From Elainellaceae cyanobacterium (GTDB lineage: Bacteria > Cyanobacteriota > Cyanobacteriia > CAKZMO01), in NCBI GenBank assembly GCA_050330955.1, contig JBHJHJ010000022.1, positions 117 to 64,116 on the forward strand: a stretch of 64,000 nt of DNA. Reading direction: 5' to 3'. Positions within the stretch are counted from its first letter, which is position 1, and each line of letters opens with the position of its first letter. The notes under the pieces are model-generated. The model saw nothing but the letters and a program-made list of their open reading frames with translations. It was not told where the DNA came from and ran no database searches. The translations under genes were made by a program, and so were the position numbers. This document shows, in pieces, positions 30,877 to 41,076 of the stretch.

Positions 30877-31422
30877 TCACTCAGCTCGCTTAATCAGTTC
30901 TACGCCATCTCGCCCGTCCACCGCCTGCAGATTAACTTTAATGCCTTCTTCCTTAGAGGTCGGCAGCTGCTTGCCCGTAAAATCCGGGTGGATAGGCAGC
31001 TCGCGATGTCCCACGCGGTCAATCAAAACGGCGAGGCGAATTACCTTTGGCCTGCCGTAATCCGTTACAGCATTGAGCGCGGCTCGAATTGTGCGGCCTT
31101 TATGGATCACATCGTCAACCAGCACCAGCGCTTTTCCTGAAAGGTCGAAGGATATTTTTGTTTTGGCCGGGGTCCGCAGCTTAATCTTGTTGAGATCATC
31201 CCGGTACAATGTAATATCAAGGGCGCCCACCGGCACGCTGATATCTTCCAGAGCTTCAATCTGCTGCGCCAGCAGATGGGCCACAGGTACCCCACGGGTG
31301 TAGATGCCTAGCAGCGCAAGCGTCTGTAGATCCCGAGTTTGCTCGATAATCTCTGATGCCAGCCGCGTAATCGTTCGCCGCAGTGCCTCAGCCGATAAAA
31401 TTTCAACGGGGTTCGAAGACAT
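30877..31422 (-). CDS. pyrR: Bifunctional pyr operon regulator / uracil phosphoribosyltransferase PyrR
   Basis: PRTase motif [20 protein letters not shown] and [16 protein letters not shown]. Start chosen at the internal MSSNPVEIL, which gives the typical length of about 180 aa. Confidence 0.85.
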   Translation of the reverse strand: MSSNPVEILSAEALRRTITRLASEIIEQTRDLQTLALLGIYTRGVPVAHLLAQQIEALEDISVPVGALDITLYRDDLNKIKLRTPAKTKISFDLSGKALVLVDDVIHKGRTIRAALNAVTDYGRPKVIRLAVLIDRVGHRELPIHPDFTGKQLPTSKEEGIKVNLQAVDGRDGVELIKRAE

Positions 31423-31494
31423 AGGGCCAACGCTAGCTCGGCGGGAACAGGCACGGTAGAAAAAATCGATATCGTGATATTGAGGTAGATCGAC

Positions 31495-32820
31495 ATGATA
31501 GAACATTCTGCTCGCTTGCTTAATGGTTTACCCAAGATAGGTTGGGGAGCCGCGATCGCCCTACTGGCGCTAGTGGCAGGCTGTCAGTCTACTGACAATA
31601 GCGCCAATCTAGACGGGGATACCCAGTCTGGAACCCAAGGCGCTGCCGCTGGCCCCCTAAAGATTGGCACGCTGCTGCCTATTACTGGAGACCTCGCTCA
31701 GTACGGCGGACCAATGCAGGATAGCGCCAGCTTGCTGGTGGAAACCGTGAACGCCTGCGGCGGGGTTTTGGGCCAGCCCGTTGAAATAGTGTCAGAAGAT
31801 AGCCAAACCGAGCCCTCTGCCGGCGCGTCAGCCATGACCAAGCTGGCTGAAGTGGACAACGTAGGTGGCGTCGTGGGCGCTGCCGCCAGCTCAATTTCCG
31901 GTGCCGCTGTCGACATCGCCGTGCGCAACAGCGTGGTGCAGATTTCCCCCGCTAGCACCAGCCCCGTGTTCACTGAGCGGGCTAAAAACGGCGACTTTAG
32001 CGGCTACTGGTTCCGCACAGCCCCTCCCGATACCTTTCAAGGCGACGCTCTGGCGCAGCTTGCTCGCGATCGCGGGTTCGATACCGTTTCGATTTTGGCC
32101 ATCAACAACGACTACGGCAACGGGCTGGTGGAGTCATTCTCCTCGGCATTTGAGGCCCAGGGCGGCACGGTTGCCAATGGGGCCCCCACCCTCTACACCC
32201 CGGATGCCGCGACGTTTGACTCCGAGGTAAGCGCAGCCTTCAGCGGCGAGCCCGACGCGCTGCTCCTCATTGCCTACCCCGAGACGGGCAGCCTAATTCT
32301 CAAGTCTGCTTTTGAGCAGGGCGTGCTGGACGGGCCAATTCAGATTATGCTCACAGACGGCATGAAAGATGACGCGATCGCGGAGCTGGTGGGACAAACG
32401 GCTTCAGGAGAGTACATCGTCAGCGGCGCATTTGGCACTGCCCCCAGTTCGGAGGGCCCTGCCTTGGACCGCTTTGTCCAGCTTTACCAAGATAGCTTTA
32501 GCCGAGAGCCCAGCGTCTTCGACCCCAACACCTGGGATGCGGCAGCTTTGATTGTGCTGGCTGCAGAAGCGGCCCAATCTGGCATGGGGAAAGATATTCA
32601 AGTCAACGTGTCTGAAGTGGCTAATGCCCCTGGTCAGCCCGTTTCAGACGTATGCGAAGGTCTAGCCCTGCTGCAGGAGGGCGAGGATATCGACTATCAG
32701 GGTGCCAGTGGGGTCGTCGATCTAGATGACCAAGGAGACGTCGTAGGGAGCTACGAGGTGTGGAGCATCGGCGCAGACGGGGGCATTGAGGTGGAAGAGA
32801 CTGTGACCGTCGGTGGATAG
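31495..32820 (+). CDS. ABC transporter substrate-binding lipoprotein (type I periplasmic binding fold, branched-chain amino acid/amide-like)
   Basis: Lipobox LALVAGCQS. Overall similarity to LivJ-like ligand-binding proteins ([25 protein letters not shown]). Confidence 0.8.
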   Translation: MIEHSARLLNGLPKIGWGAAIALLALVAGCQSTDNSANLDGDTQSGTQGAAAGPLKIGTLLPITGDLAQYGGPMQDSASLLVETVNACGGVLGQPVEIVSEDSQTEPSAGASAMTKLAEVDNVGGVVGAAASSISGAAVDIAVRNSVVQISPASTSPVFTERAKNGDFSGYWFRTAPPDTFQGDALAQLARDRGFDTVSILAINNDYGNGLVESFSSAFEAQGGTVANGAPTLYTPDAATFDSEVSAAFSGEPDALLLIAYPETGSLILKSAFEQGVLDGPIQIMLTDGMKDDAIAELVGQTASGEYIVSGAFGTAPSSEGPALDRFVQLYQDSFSREPSVFDPNTWDAAALIVLAAEAAQSGMGKDIQVNVSEVANAPGQPVSDVCEGLALLQEGEDIDYQGASGVVDLDDQGDVVGSYEVWSIGADGGIEVEETVTVGG

Positions 32821-32883
32821 GGCTGCGGGAAACAGCTTTATTGGGAGGTATACTTCTAGGCCTGTACTGGCGAGGTTTTCAGG

Positions 32884-34476
32884 TTAAACCTCCAAGCTGA
32901 GCGGCAGCGTGACTATAAAACAGCTCCCTTGGTCAGGCGCGGACTGTACGGCAACGGTGCCCCCGTGCTCCTCCAAAATCCGCCGGGAAAGGTATAGTCC
33001 TAAACCGCTGCCGGCCCGGCGATCTTTGGTCTGGCGAAATCGGTCGAAGATCAGCTCTTGGTCCTCTTTTGCAATACCTGGACCCGTATCTATCACCTCA
33101 AGCACGATCTGTTTTGTATCAGGTAGCCGGAGTCGGACGCTCACCTGTCCCTCATCGGTAAACTTAATCGCATTGCTAACCAGGTTCACAATCACCCGGC
33201 GGATCTCGAGGCGATCGCCCCGCATCATTACCTTAAGCCCATCGGGGGTTTTCTCACCGCAGGCGCAATCGAAACTCAAGTCCAGCCGCTTCTCTACCGC
33301 GAGAGGCTGCAGCTCTTTGAGAATTTCTTCGACCATGGTGACGAGATTGAAAAGAGAGAATGTCAGTGTCTTCCGCCCAGCCTCATATCGGTATACCTCT
33401 AGCAGGGTATTAACCATACTCAGCAGATTTTGATTGCTGCTAATCATCACGTCTAAGGCCTGATCTAAATCTTTGGATACTGGGCCAAACGTACCGTCAT
33501 CGATCAAAGTCAGCATCCGGTCTGCCGCCACCAGGGGAGTACGCAAATCATGGGTCAGCCTGGAGACAAAATCTTCCCGTTGAGAGGCGATTTGGTCGCG
33601 CTCGTCGATCGTTTTCCGCAGCAGCTCATTTTGCTGAGCTAAGCGCTCTTCAACGCGCTTGCGCTCTGTAATGTCAATCACAACGCCAGCCATACGAATC
33701 GGCTGATGCTGCGTATCGCGCTGAGCTTTGGCCCGGACGATGCAGTAGCGATGATCGCCAGCAGCCCGGCGCTGCAGCCGCAGTTCAAGGTCGAAGGGGG
33801 TGCTGCGCTCTAAATGAGCGGCGATTGACCGCTGAAATCGTCCGCGATCGCCCGCGTAAATTAAGTCGCAAAACTCCTCGAACGAGCCCTCAAACTCCTG
33901 ACGCGACAGCCCCGCAATTTGAAACAGCCGCTCGTTGAAGTAGATGCGGTTGCGCACAAGGTCCCAGTCCCAGATGCCGTCGTTTGCCCCTTCTAGGACA
34001 AATCGGTAGCGCTCCTCGCTCTGGCGCAGCCGCTGATTTGCCAAAGCGGCCTCCACCTCAGCCCGATGGAGCCGAATGACGTTGTGTAAAATTTGCGATA
34101 GCGTCTTAGCCGAAAGGCGATCCTTCGAGAGATAGTCTGACGCACCGGCTTTCATCAGCTCAACGGCAATTTGATCGTCCCCTTGCCCGGTCAAGATGAC
34201 GAGGGGTGTGCTAATCCCAGCATTGCGTAAGTCTTGGACCAAAATCATGCCGTCTTTGTCGGGCAGGCGATAGTCGATGAAGATACAGTCGTAGGCCGTC
34301 TCTTGCAGTGCCACGAGGGCCGTGGCGTAGTCCTGGGCCTCCTGCAGATCGGACAGTACATTGGCCTGTCGAAGCGCTCGACGTAAGGTCATGCGATCGA
34401 CCTCATCGTCATCTACGACCAAAATTCTCAGTTGCTCTTCCATGGTCAACGATGGTGCAGTGAAGGATGGAGGCAA
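32884..34476 (-). CDS. Hybrid response-regulator / PAS / histidine kinase
   Basis: Receiver (ILVVDDDEVDRMTL...DCIFIDYRLPDKDG...), PAS, H-box SRLTHDLRTPL and HATPase_c (GxGxG: DTGPGIAKEDQELIFDRF...GSGLGL). The probable true start is MEEQLRIL at 34443. Confidence 0.85.
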   Translation of the reverse strand: MPPSFTAPSLTMEEQLRILVVDDDEVDRMTLRRALRQANVLSDLQEAQDYATALVALQETAYDCIFIDYRLPDKDGMILVQDLRNAGISTPLVILTGQGDDQIAVELMKAGASDYLSKDRLSAKTLSQILHNVIRLHRAEVEAALANQRLRQSEERYRFVLEGANDGIWDWDLVRNRIYFNERLFQIAGLSRQEFEGSFEEFCDLIYAGDRGRFQRSIAAHLERSTPFDLELRLQRRAAGDHRYCIVRAKAQRDTQHQPIRMAGVVIDITERKRVEERLAQQNELLRKTIDERDQIASQREDFVSRLTHDLRTPLVAADRMLTLIDDGTFGPVSKDLDQALDVMISSNQNLLSMVNTLLEVYRYEAGRKTLTFSLFNLVTMVEEILKELQPLAVEKRLDLSFDCACGEKTPDGLKVMMRGDRLEIRRVIVNLVSNAIKFTDEGQVSVRLRLPDTKQIVLEVIDTGPGIAKEDQELIFDRFRQTKDRRAGSGLGLYLSRRILEEHGGTVAVQSAPDQGSCFIVTLPLSLEV

Positions 34477-34494
34477 GGCCGAACCTATGGATTA

Positions 34495-35004
34495 CTAAGG
34501 CATTTCGTTGACATTCCAGTACTGATCGACGATGGCCATTGCTTCGACGAAGTCAGCAAAGGGAACAGATTTAAGGATATAACCTGCGACATTAAAGTCA
34601 TAGGCATTGACCAAATCCTGGTCATCATCTGACGTCGTCATAATGACTACCGGAATATTGCACAGCGTGGGGTCAGCTCGCAAAACCTCCAGAAATTCGA
34701 TTCCGCCCATTTTAGGCATATTTAGATCCAGAAAGACAATTCGGCGCTGCTGGGGAATGACCGGTTCCCCGCTCTCGTCTTGCTGCCGGAGGAGGTGAAG
34801 TGCTTGCTGCCCGTCCCCTGCAATGTATAGGGGATGCTCCAATCCATTTTGCTTCAACGCCCGCTGTACTTTCATCACATCTACCTCATCATCTTCAACG
34901 AGTAGAATGTGGAGCTCTCTATCTCCCACGTCATCTATACCTAACACAGGGGCTGCCTTGGCGTAGCCATATATGCTGTCATTACCGCCAGTTATCGGTG
35001 CCAT
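34495..35004 (-). CDS. Single-domain response regulator (CheY-like)
   Basis: HILLVEDDEVDVMKV...IVFLDLNMPKMGG...PVVIMTTSDD...AGYILKS. The start may be the internal GTG at 34929 (MGDRELHILL). Confidence 0.8.
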   Translation of the reverse strand: MAPITGGNDSIYGYAKAAPVLGIDDVGDRELHILLVEDDEVDVMKVQRALKQNGLEHPLYIAGDGQQALHLLRQQDESGEPVIPQQRRIVFLDLNMPKMGGIEFLEVLRADPTLCNIPVVIMTTSDDDQDLVNAYDFNVAGYILKSVPFADFVEAMAIVDQYWNVNEMP

Positions 35005-35095
35005 TGAGACACAATATTCTCAATTCTAGAGGGCGTCGCTATCCTTGCCCTCCACAGCGAGACAGATTAAGGCGAGTTCTGAATTTGCGCAGGGA

Positions 35096-36991
35096 CTAAC
35101 TGCGCTTTGGCCAGGTAAATCGAAAGGTGGCTCCGCGCCCTAGCTGCGACTCTATTGTGATTTTCCCACCTTCAGACTCTACAATCTTTTTGGCGATTGA
35201 TAGTCCTACTCCGGTGTTCTCCGTCTTGTCCCTGGGCTCAAGGACTTGAAAGATGGTAAAAATTCTTTCGTGATGCTCAGGAGCAATGCCTGGACCATCG
35301 TCTGTGATGATGAATTCATAGAACTCACCCACATCCCTCACCGTAATTTCTACGCACCCTCGAACGCCCTGGTGGTGCTTGATTGCGTTGCTGATCAAGT
35401 TTGAAAAGGTCTGCTGTAGGAGCAGGCGCCTCGCATGAAACACCGGCATGTGGTCTCCGATCACAATCGTAAAGTTGAGGGGCGGGTTGAGCAGGTCGCT
35501 CACCTCTTTAAGAACAGTCGCGGTTGACACCAACTCAGGGTCGATCTGCAGCCGGCCCACTCGCGAATACTGAAGTAGCCCGTTTAAAAGACTCTCAATT
35601 CGGTGGACTCGCTTGCGCAGCAGGCTCATCTCATAGGCGGTTTTAGGACCCATATGCTCCCGAAGCTCTTCTTCGATCCACTCCGAAAGATTAGCGATCG
35701 CCCGTAGGGGAGCCCGAAGATCGTGGGAGGCAACGTAGGCAAACTCGTTGAGTTCACGGTTACGCTCAGCCAGTTCGCCGTTCGTCTTTGCCAGTACGGC
35801 GGTGATACCGGCGAGCTCATTGGCATGGGCCCGCAGTGATCGCTCAGACTGCTTACGTTCAGCCGCAATTGCAAGGGTATTCGCGATCGCCTGCAAAAAC
35901 ATTGCGTCTTCCTGAGTGAATCGATGGGCTTGGGCACTAGCCGCGCTAACCAAGCCAAATGGCTGACGCGCTGAACCACAGATCAGCACGCTAACCAAAC
36001 TGCTCACTGCCGTTGGATAAACCAGTGATGACGGCGTTAGACGATCGTCACAGCTTATATCCTCTACAACAACTGGCTTATCGGATAGCAGCGTCAACCC
36101 TGACTGAGAATCAGAGTTCACGCTAGCGGTAGTCTGATTCACTGCATCTTCAGGCCAACCTTTAGCGGCCCGAAGCACGAACCCCGTTCGGTAAGATACA
36201 AGCTCAAACACCTCACAATATTCTGCATTGAGCGCCTGTGCAATTTGGTTGACCGCGTGCTTAAACAGCAAATTAACCTCCATACCGGCAAGGGCCTGGC
36301 GGGTCAGGTTGACGATAACGGCCTGACGAGAAAGGCGAGAGCGCAGCGTAGAGTATTGTGGTGTCTCATCACCTGAAATTTCACGACCCGAGATTTCAGG
36401 TGATGAGATTTCACTGTTTATGACTCGGGCACTTGAGCTTTCATAACTCGAAATCTTGCCTAGAGCTGGGTGCTCTGGCTCCGTCTCAGTCCACACAGCG
36501 CGGTAAGGTGACCTACCGGATCGCTTGCGCTCTGGGCTTGCAGGAGGCTCCAATTCCTCGCTAATCTGCTTGGGGTCCGATGTACGCTCCTCTCTCACTT
36601 CAGCAGTGTTCGCGGTCAACTCAAAGCGGCGATCGCTGAGCGCCCTTACCACATTTAGAAGCTGTTCATCAATTTGGGCCTTACAGATATAGTCAGATGC
36701 ACCCTGGCGTATTGCGCTGACGGCTTCTCTAATATTTGGAGCTGAAGCCATCAAAACGATGGGGACCGCAGGACAGCGAGAGTGAACCTGCTTGAGTATC
36801 AGATTTTCCTCAACGGAGATTAGGCGATCGCTGATTAAAATTAAGTCAGGCGTCTGGTAACGCAGCGCCCGGAGAAAATCAGCATAAGCTGCAACAGACT
36901 CAAGAGTATGATCAATTCCGTCAGCCTCCAAGCTGGCCCTAATTTTGGCGATATCAGTTGAGTTATTTTCGAGCAGTAGAATACTCACCAT
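35096..36991 (-). CDS. Hybrid sensor: atypical receiver / GAF / histidine kinase
   Basis: The N-terminal receiver has ENN where the acidic pocket EDD is expected (ILLLENNSTD ... DLILISD ... PIVLMAS ... GASDYICKA). GAF-like middle. H-box YVASHDLRAPLRAI and HATPase_c (DDGPGIAPEHHERIF...NTGVGLSI). Confidence 0.85.
   Translation of the reverse strand: MVSILLLENNSTDIAKIRASLEADGIDHTLESVAAYADFLRALRYQTPDLILISDRLISVEENLILKQVHSRCPAVPIVLMASAPNIREAVSAIRQGASDYICKAQIDEQLLNVVRALSDRRFELTANTAEVREERTSDPKQISEELEPPASPERKRSGRSPYRAVWTETEPEHPALGKISSYESSSARVINSEISSPEISGREISGDETPQYSTLRSRLSRQAVIVNLTRQALAGMEVNLLFKHAVNQIAQALNAEYCEVFELVSYRTGFVLRAAKGWPEDAVNQTTASVNSDSQSGLTLLSDKPVVVEDISCDDRLTPSSLVYPTAVSSLVSVLICGSARQPFGLVSAASAQAHRFTQEDAMFLQAIANTLAIAAERKQSERSLRAHANELAGITAVLAKTNGELAERNRELNEFAYVASHDLRAPLRAIANLSEWIEEELREHMGPKTAYEMSLLRKRVHRIESLLNGLLQYSRVGRLQIDPELVSTATVLKEVSDLLNPPLNFTIVIGDHMPVFHARRLLLQQTFSNLISNAIKHHQGVRGCVEITVRDVGEFYEFIITDDGPGIAPEHHERIFTIFQVLEPRDKTENTGVGLSIAKKIVESEGGKITIESQLGRGATFRFTWPKRS
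36364..36408. repeat. Perfect 16-bp inverted repeat (TCTCATCACCTGAAAT / ATTTCAGGTGATGAGA) with a 13-nt spacer, inside the coding sequence of the hybrid kinase
   Basis: Read directly from the sequence. It encodes the EISSPEISGREISGDE peptide repeats. Confidence 0.8.
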
Positions 36992-37500
36992 ATCGATCAG
37001 GTTTTCGGCTCCGGTCTAATTAATCTGACCCTCAAATCAGCGCTCCAATATCAGACTTGGTCAACAGAAACCCCTGCAATCCTGGAGAGATCGATAGAAC
37101 ATTCTTGCTTTAGAAGAAGGCTCTCGGCTCAATTAACGGAGTTGTGACCAAAAAAGCAGCTGGCTGGGCTAGATTGTCATAATCTACTGCCGTTCGCCGT
37201 TTGCATCCGACAAGAAATTATTACCCAGTAAACAATTCTTCACTAATAATAAGGCCTTAGCCTAGAAAGTAAATGAATCGCTGTGTAGATCCTCAACCAT
37301 CCGATAGTTCATAGCGATCCATGTTTCATACGGTTGGCTTCAGTCAGTTCAGTTCTACACCCGCCTACACCTTAGTAGAAATAGGGCGCATTTTATTTGC
37401 CTAGGTATGGGTGTATTTCTATTGATAGATGCCTTGCCAGTACAGGGAAGCTAAATTCGATCTTATATAGACAAGACCTGAGGCTACAGTTTGTAACGCT

Positions 37501-38232
37501 ATGCATAAGATTAGCGTCGTGCTTATTGAGGATCACGATCTGACTCGCATTGGGCTCCAGTCTGCTCTGCGCCAGCAGGGCAATGTCGAGGTCATCGGAG
37601 AGGCGAGGACTGGTGCTCAGGGGCTAGAGCTGCTTCAGCAGGTTGAGCCCGACGTGGCCATCGTTGATATTGGTTTACCCAAAATCGACGGCATCGAGGT
37701 GACTCGTCGGTTCAAGCAAGGTCAAAGTCAGTCTTCAAATGATGGCGAACATCAGACTAAGGTCTTGATGCTGACGATGCACGACGGGGAAGAAGAGGTG
37801 CTCGCAGCGTTTGCCGCTGGGGCTGACTCCTACAGCATTAAGGATGCCAGTATTGAGAAGCTGATTGAGGCTATCAAGGTCACACACTCTGGCGAGAATT
37901 GGATTGACCCCTCTATCGCGCGGATTGTCCTGCGTCAGGCTCAGCAAGATCAGCTGGGAGGCACAGGGGGCCAAAATGGAACCAAAACCACCAGTATTTC
38001 TGCTCTGGAGCCAGAATACGAGCAAGTGATGAAAACCTGCGCGTTGACGGAACGGGAGCTGGAGGTGCTGGAGCTGATTGTTGCAGGCTGCAGCAATGCC
38101 GATATTGCTAAGGAGCTCTATGTCACGGTGGGTACAGTTAAAACCCACGTGCGCAGCATTCTCAATAAGCTATGCGTAGGCGATCGCACTCAAGCTGCGG
38201 TCAGAGCCTTGCGAGCAGGTTTAATCCGATAG
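37501..38232 (+). CDS. NarL/FixJ-family response regulator with a LuxR-type HTH
   Basis: Receiver VVLIEDHDLTRIGL...DVAIVDIGLPKIDG. LuxR HTH LTERELEVLELIVAGCSNADIAKELYVTVGTVKTHVRSILNKL. The ORF runs to 243 aa. Confidence 0.85.
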   Translation: MHKISVVLIEDHDLTRIGLQSALRQQGNVEVIGEARTGAQGLELLQQVEPDVAIVDIGLPKIDGIEVTRRFKQGQSQSSNDGEHQTKVLMLTMHDGEEEVLAAFAAGADSYSIKDASIEKLIEAIKVTHSGENWIDPSIARIVLRQAQQDQLGGTGGQNGTKTTSISALEPEYEQVMKTCALTERELEVLELIVAGCSNADIAKELYVTVGTVKTHVRSILNKLCVGDRTQAAVRALRAGLIR

Positions 38233-38245
38233 GGAACGTGGGGCT

Positions 38246-39880
38246 GTGCATGAGCAGGCCAGGCTTTTCACCCTAGCCCAGTTTGGCGTTCGCAGCGAGG
38301 AAGACTATCTTCCCCAAGTCCATTCTTCGGCTAAGGCTACCTATTGGTATGAGGGCGTCTGTCCTAGCACCGGTGAACGGCTTACGCTACCCCGTACCCC
38401 GCTTGCTGAAGCGGTGGCCCGTGGTCTTTTAAATCGGCTTGCTGAAGCTGACTCGGATCGCGGAAAAATGTACGGTATCCTACTTGTGGATACACCAGTA
38501 GGCTGCCGCGTTCTCAAGGCATCTTCAGGGCGGTTCAAACCAAGCTTTGACTCGGGCTGGGTCCCCAACATTCCAGAGCCCGCGCAGCTCACCTTATCTG
38601 AGCTTCAGGTGATTTCGGAGCTAGATGCCATCAAGAAGAAGCTCATCGTGCTGCTCCAGCTTTCAGTACGAAAAGACTATGAGCTTCAGGCTCAGGCCTT
38701 TTCCGAACGGCTCACAAGCCTAGCCGAGAAACATCGCCGGCGGAAGGCAGACCGCCAACAGAAGCGGCAGCTTCTGCTGGGAGATGCCCTTGCTGATTTG
38801 GACGACGAGAGTCGCCGAGACGGTATTGAACGGAAGCTGCTCAAGCGGGAGCGCGATCGCACCCTGGGTCCGCTCAAGCAAGCGATCGACGACGCTGATG
38901 CTCAAATCCAGGTGCTGAAGCGTAGGCGCAGGCGGCTTTCCCAACAGCTTCAGGCTCAGATGCACGCGTCCTACACCCTGACAAATTTTGCCGGTGAACA
39001 ATTGACGCTCTCCGATGTAATTTTGAATCAGGGCATCCCCACGGGGACGGGAGAGTGCTGTGCGCCAAAGCTGCTGCACTACGCAGCGATCCACGGATTT
39101 GAACCGCTGGCGATGGCCGAGTTTTGGTGGGGGGAGCCTTCTGCTAGCGGAGGCCGAGTACCCGGCGCATTCTATGGCGCTTGCGCAGAGCGCTGCCAGC
39201 CCATTATGGGGTTTTTGCTGTCGGGACTGCCTGCCGCCAAAATCGACGCCGTCAATCACAAGGTCAAAATTCTCTACGAAGATGACTGGCTCATCGCTGT
39301 GGATAAGCCCGCTGGCCTGCTGTCTACACCTGGTCGTTCAGTGCTCAACCCCAACAGCGCTGCTAGCCAAGTCCAAGCAATGCTTTGTGCTCCAGCATAT
39401 GGAATTCATCGACTCGATCAGGAAACCTCTGGCGTGCTGCTTTTTGCGCGATCGCCCCAAATACACCAGCAGCTCAGCGACCAGTTTCGGCAGCGGCAGG
39501 TGAGTAAATGCTACGAGGCCTTGGTGACCGCAGCAGTGACCCAAGACTACGGCGCGATTGATTTACCGATAGGCCGCTATCCAGACTGCCGCCCCAAGCG
39601 TCGGGTGGATTATGAAAGGGGCAAGCCGAGCCACACCAAATTTAAGGTCATCGAGCGGCGCGAAGGTACGACGCGACTAGAGCTGACCCCAACCACAGGC
39701 CGCACCCATCAGCTCAGGGTCCATTTGTCTGCCGCGGAAGGGCTTAGGGCGCCGATTTTGGGCGATCGCGTTTATGGCGGGAAGTCGAGCCAGCGGCTGC
39801 ACCTACACGCAAGGGCGCTGACAGTGTGGCATCCCAAACTTGAAAAGGCGCTTCGCATCGTGGCGGAAACGCCTTTTTAA
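38246..39880 (+). CDS. RluA-family pseudouridine synthase with an N-terminal extension of about 300 aa
   Basis: C-terminal catalytic core ILYEDDWLIAVDKPAGLLSTPG, HRLDQETSGVLLFAR, THQLRVHL. The N-terminal part contains a coiled coil and a Cys cluster (GECCAPK...YGACAERCQP). GTG start. Confidence 0.8.
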   Translation: MHEQARLFTLAQFGVRSEEDYLPQVHSSAKATYWYEGVCPSTGERLTLPRTPLAEAVARGLLNRLAEADSDRGKMYGILLVDTPVGCRVLKASSGRFKPSFDSGWVPNIPEPAQLTLSELQVISELDAIKKKLIVLLQLSVRKDYELQAQAFSERLTSLAEKHRRRKADRQQKRQLLLGDALADLDDESRRDGIERKLLKRERDRTLGPLKQAIDDADAQIQVLKRRRRRLSQQLQAQMHASYTLTNFAGEQLTLSDVILNQGIPTGTGECCAPKLLHYAAIHGFEPLAMAEFWWGEPSASGGRVPGAFYGACAERCQPIMGFLLSGLPAAKIDAVNHKVKILYEDDWLIAVDKPAGLLSTPGRSVLNPNSAASQVQAMLCAPAYGIHRLDQETSGVLLFARSPQIHQQLSDQFRQRQVSKCYEALVTAAVTQDYGAIDLPIGRYPDCRPKRRVDYERGKPSHTKFKVIERREGTTRLELTPTTGRTHQLRVHLSAAEGLRAPILGDRVYGGKSSQRLHLHARALTVWHPKLEKALRIVAETPF

Positions 39881-39889
39881 GGCGGGGCG

Positions 39890-40930
39890 TTATGGATGCG
39901 ACGTTGACGGATATGAGGACATGGCAGTGCCCTGCGGTGCTGTGGGCGACGCCTCAGCCCCCTCGCTGCCGTTAACCTGCTCCCGCCAGCGCCTAACCCA
40001 GTTATCGCAGTTGGGGCCTTCACCGTTGAGATCGCGGCGGGTGCGGCACATCTCCCGAGCGATCTGATTGGCTAGATTTGTGGGCATTTGCGCCTGCTGT
40101 TTTAGGGCCTGGTTAAATAGCCGGACGCTGGTGTCAAGGTCGCCCTGAAGCCGGAGGATCTGCGCTTTGAGATAGAGCAAGTCCGGATTCTGGGGCGCCT
40201 GCTGTAGAGCTTGGTCCACGGAGGCGATCGCCTGGTCATACTGGTCTAGATCGCGGTAAGCAATGGCTAAGCCGCGGTTGACCAGGTGCGCTGGGGCGCC
40301 GAAGCTGCTGAACTTATCAATCGCCTCATCTGGGCTAGAGAAGGGCAGGTTCACCGCCAGCAGCAGGTCCATATAGCCTCGAATGAGATTTAGCTCCGGA
40401 TCGCCGGGGTCGATTTCCTCAGCCTGATTAAAGTTATCGAACACCAGCCGCAGCTTATTGAGCACCAGCGGCGTTGCGCTCACCACATCCTGGGTTGATA
40501 GGGCATAGCCCCCCTGCATGAAATGCCCCACGGCGGTGTAAAGGTGGCCCCGTAGGGGGTCTTGGTCGAGGAGCTGGGTTGCGCTAGCTAGGGTCTGATC
40601 GGCCTCTTGACTGAGCCGATCCCAGTCCTCGCTCAAGTAGGCAAGGGTGGCCTGCATGGCGTGGGTCAGGGGCTCGCTCTCACTGGCGGTTTGGAGCAGC
40701 CGGTTGGCTTCCTGATAGTCTCCCGCTTTGAACATGGCGTCAAAGGCCGCTTCCACATTGGGGTCGAACTGCCGGGGGCTAGTGTCCCGAAACGGGTCGG
40801 CGCTGGCGGGCAGAGCTGTGGCGATCGCCAAAGACAGGGTGCCGGCGGCGATCGCGAGACGGCGTGACCATTGTCGGGACCACTGTGCCAGGTGCGTCAT
40901 AGGCTGAGTCGTTGGCTGAATCATGGGCAT
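39890..40930 (-). CDS. Periplasmic TPR-like repeat protein (hypothetical)
   Basis: Signal peptide (LAIAAGTLSLAIATALPASA). Helical repeat content (ALQQAPQNPDLLYLKAQILRLQGDLD...). Confidence 0.55.
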   Translation of the reverse strand: MPMIQPTTQPMTHLAQWSRQWSRRLAIAAGTLSLAIATALPASADPFRDTSPRQFDPNVEAAFDAMFKAGDYQEANRLLQTASESEPLTHAMQATLAYLSEDWDRLSQEADQTLASATQLLDQDPLRGHLYTAVGHFMQGGYALSTQDVVSATPLVLNKLRLVFDNFNQAEEIDPGDPELNLIRGYMDLLLAVNLPFSSPDEAIDKFSSFGAPAHLVNRGLAIAYRDLDQYDQAIASVDQALQQAPQNPDLLYLKAQILRLQGDLDTSVRLFNQALKQQAQMPTNLANQIAREMCRTRRDLNGEGPNCDNWVRRWREQVNGSEGAEASPTAPQGTAMSSYPSTSHP

Positions 40931-41076
40931 AAAAGGAGGGATTGCATTTGCATAGAACAGTGCTGCTGCGAACCCATTTTATGATCTGAACCTGGCGGTG
41001 AGTAGGGTTGCGTGGCCACCAGAGCCAATTGGCGCTACCGTTGCAGTAGCACTCTGGTTTCGCCAAAGTTCCACCC

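Noticed and set aside
39086-39125. tRNA T-arm-like GGATTTGAACC on the minus strand
   Set aside because: It lies inside the RluA CDS, and no acceptor or anticodon stems could be paired around it. Chance match.
38720-39259. 179-aa minus-strand ORF inside the RluA-family gene
   Set aside because: Antisense to a gene with clear RluA catalytic motifs.
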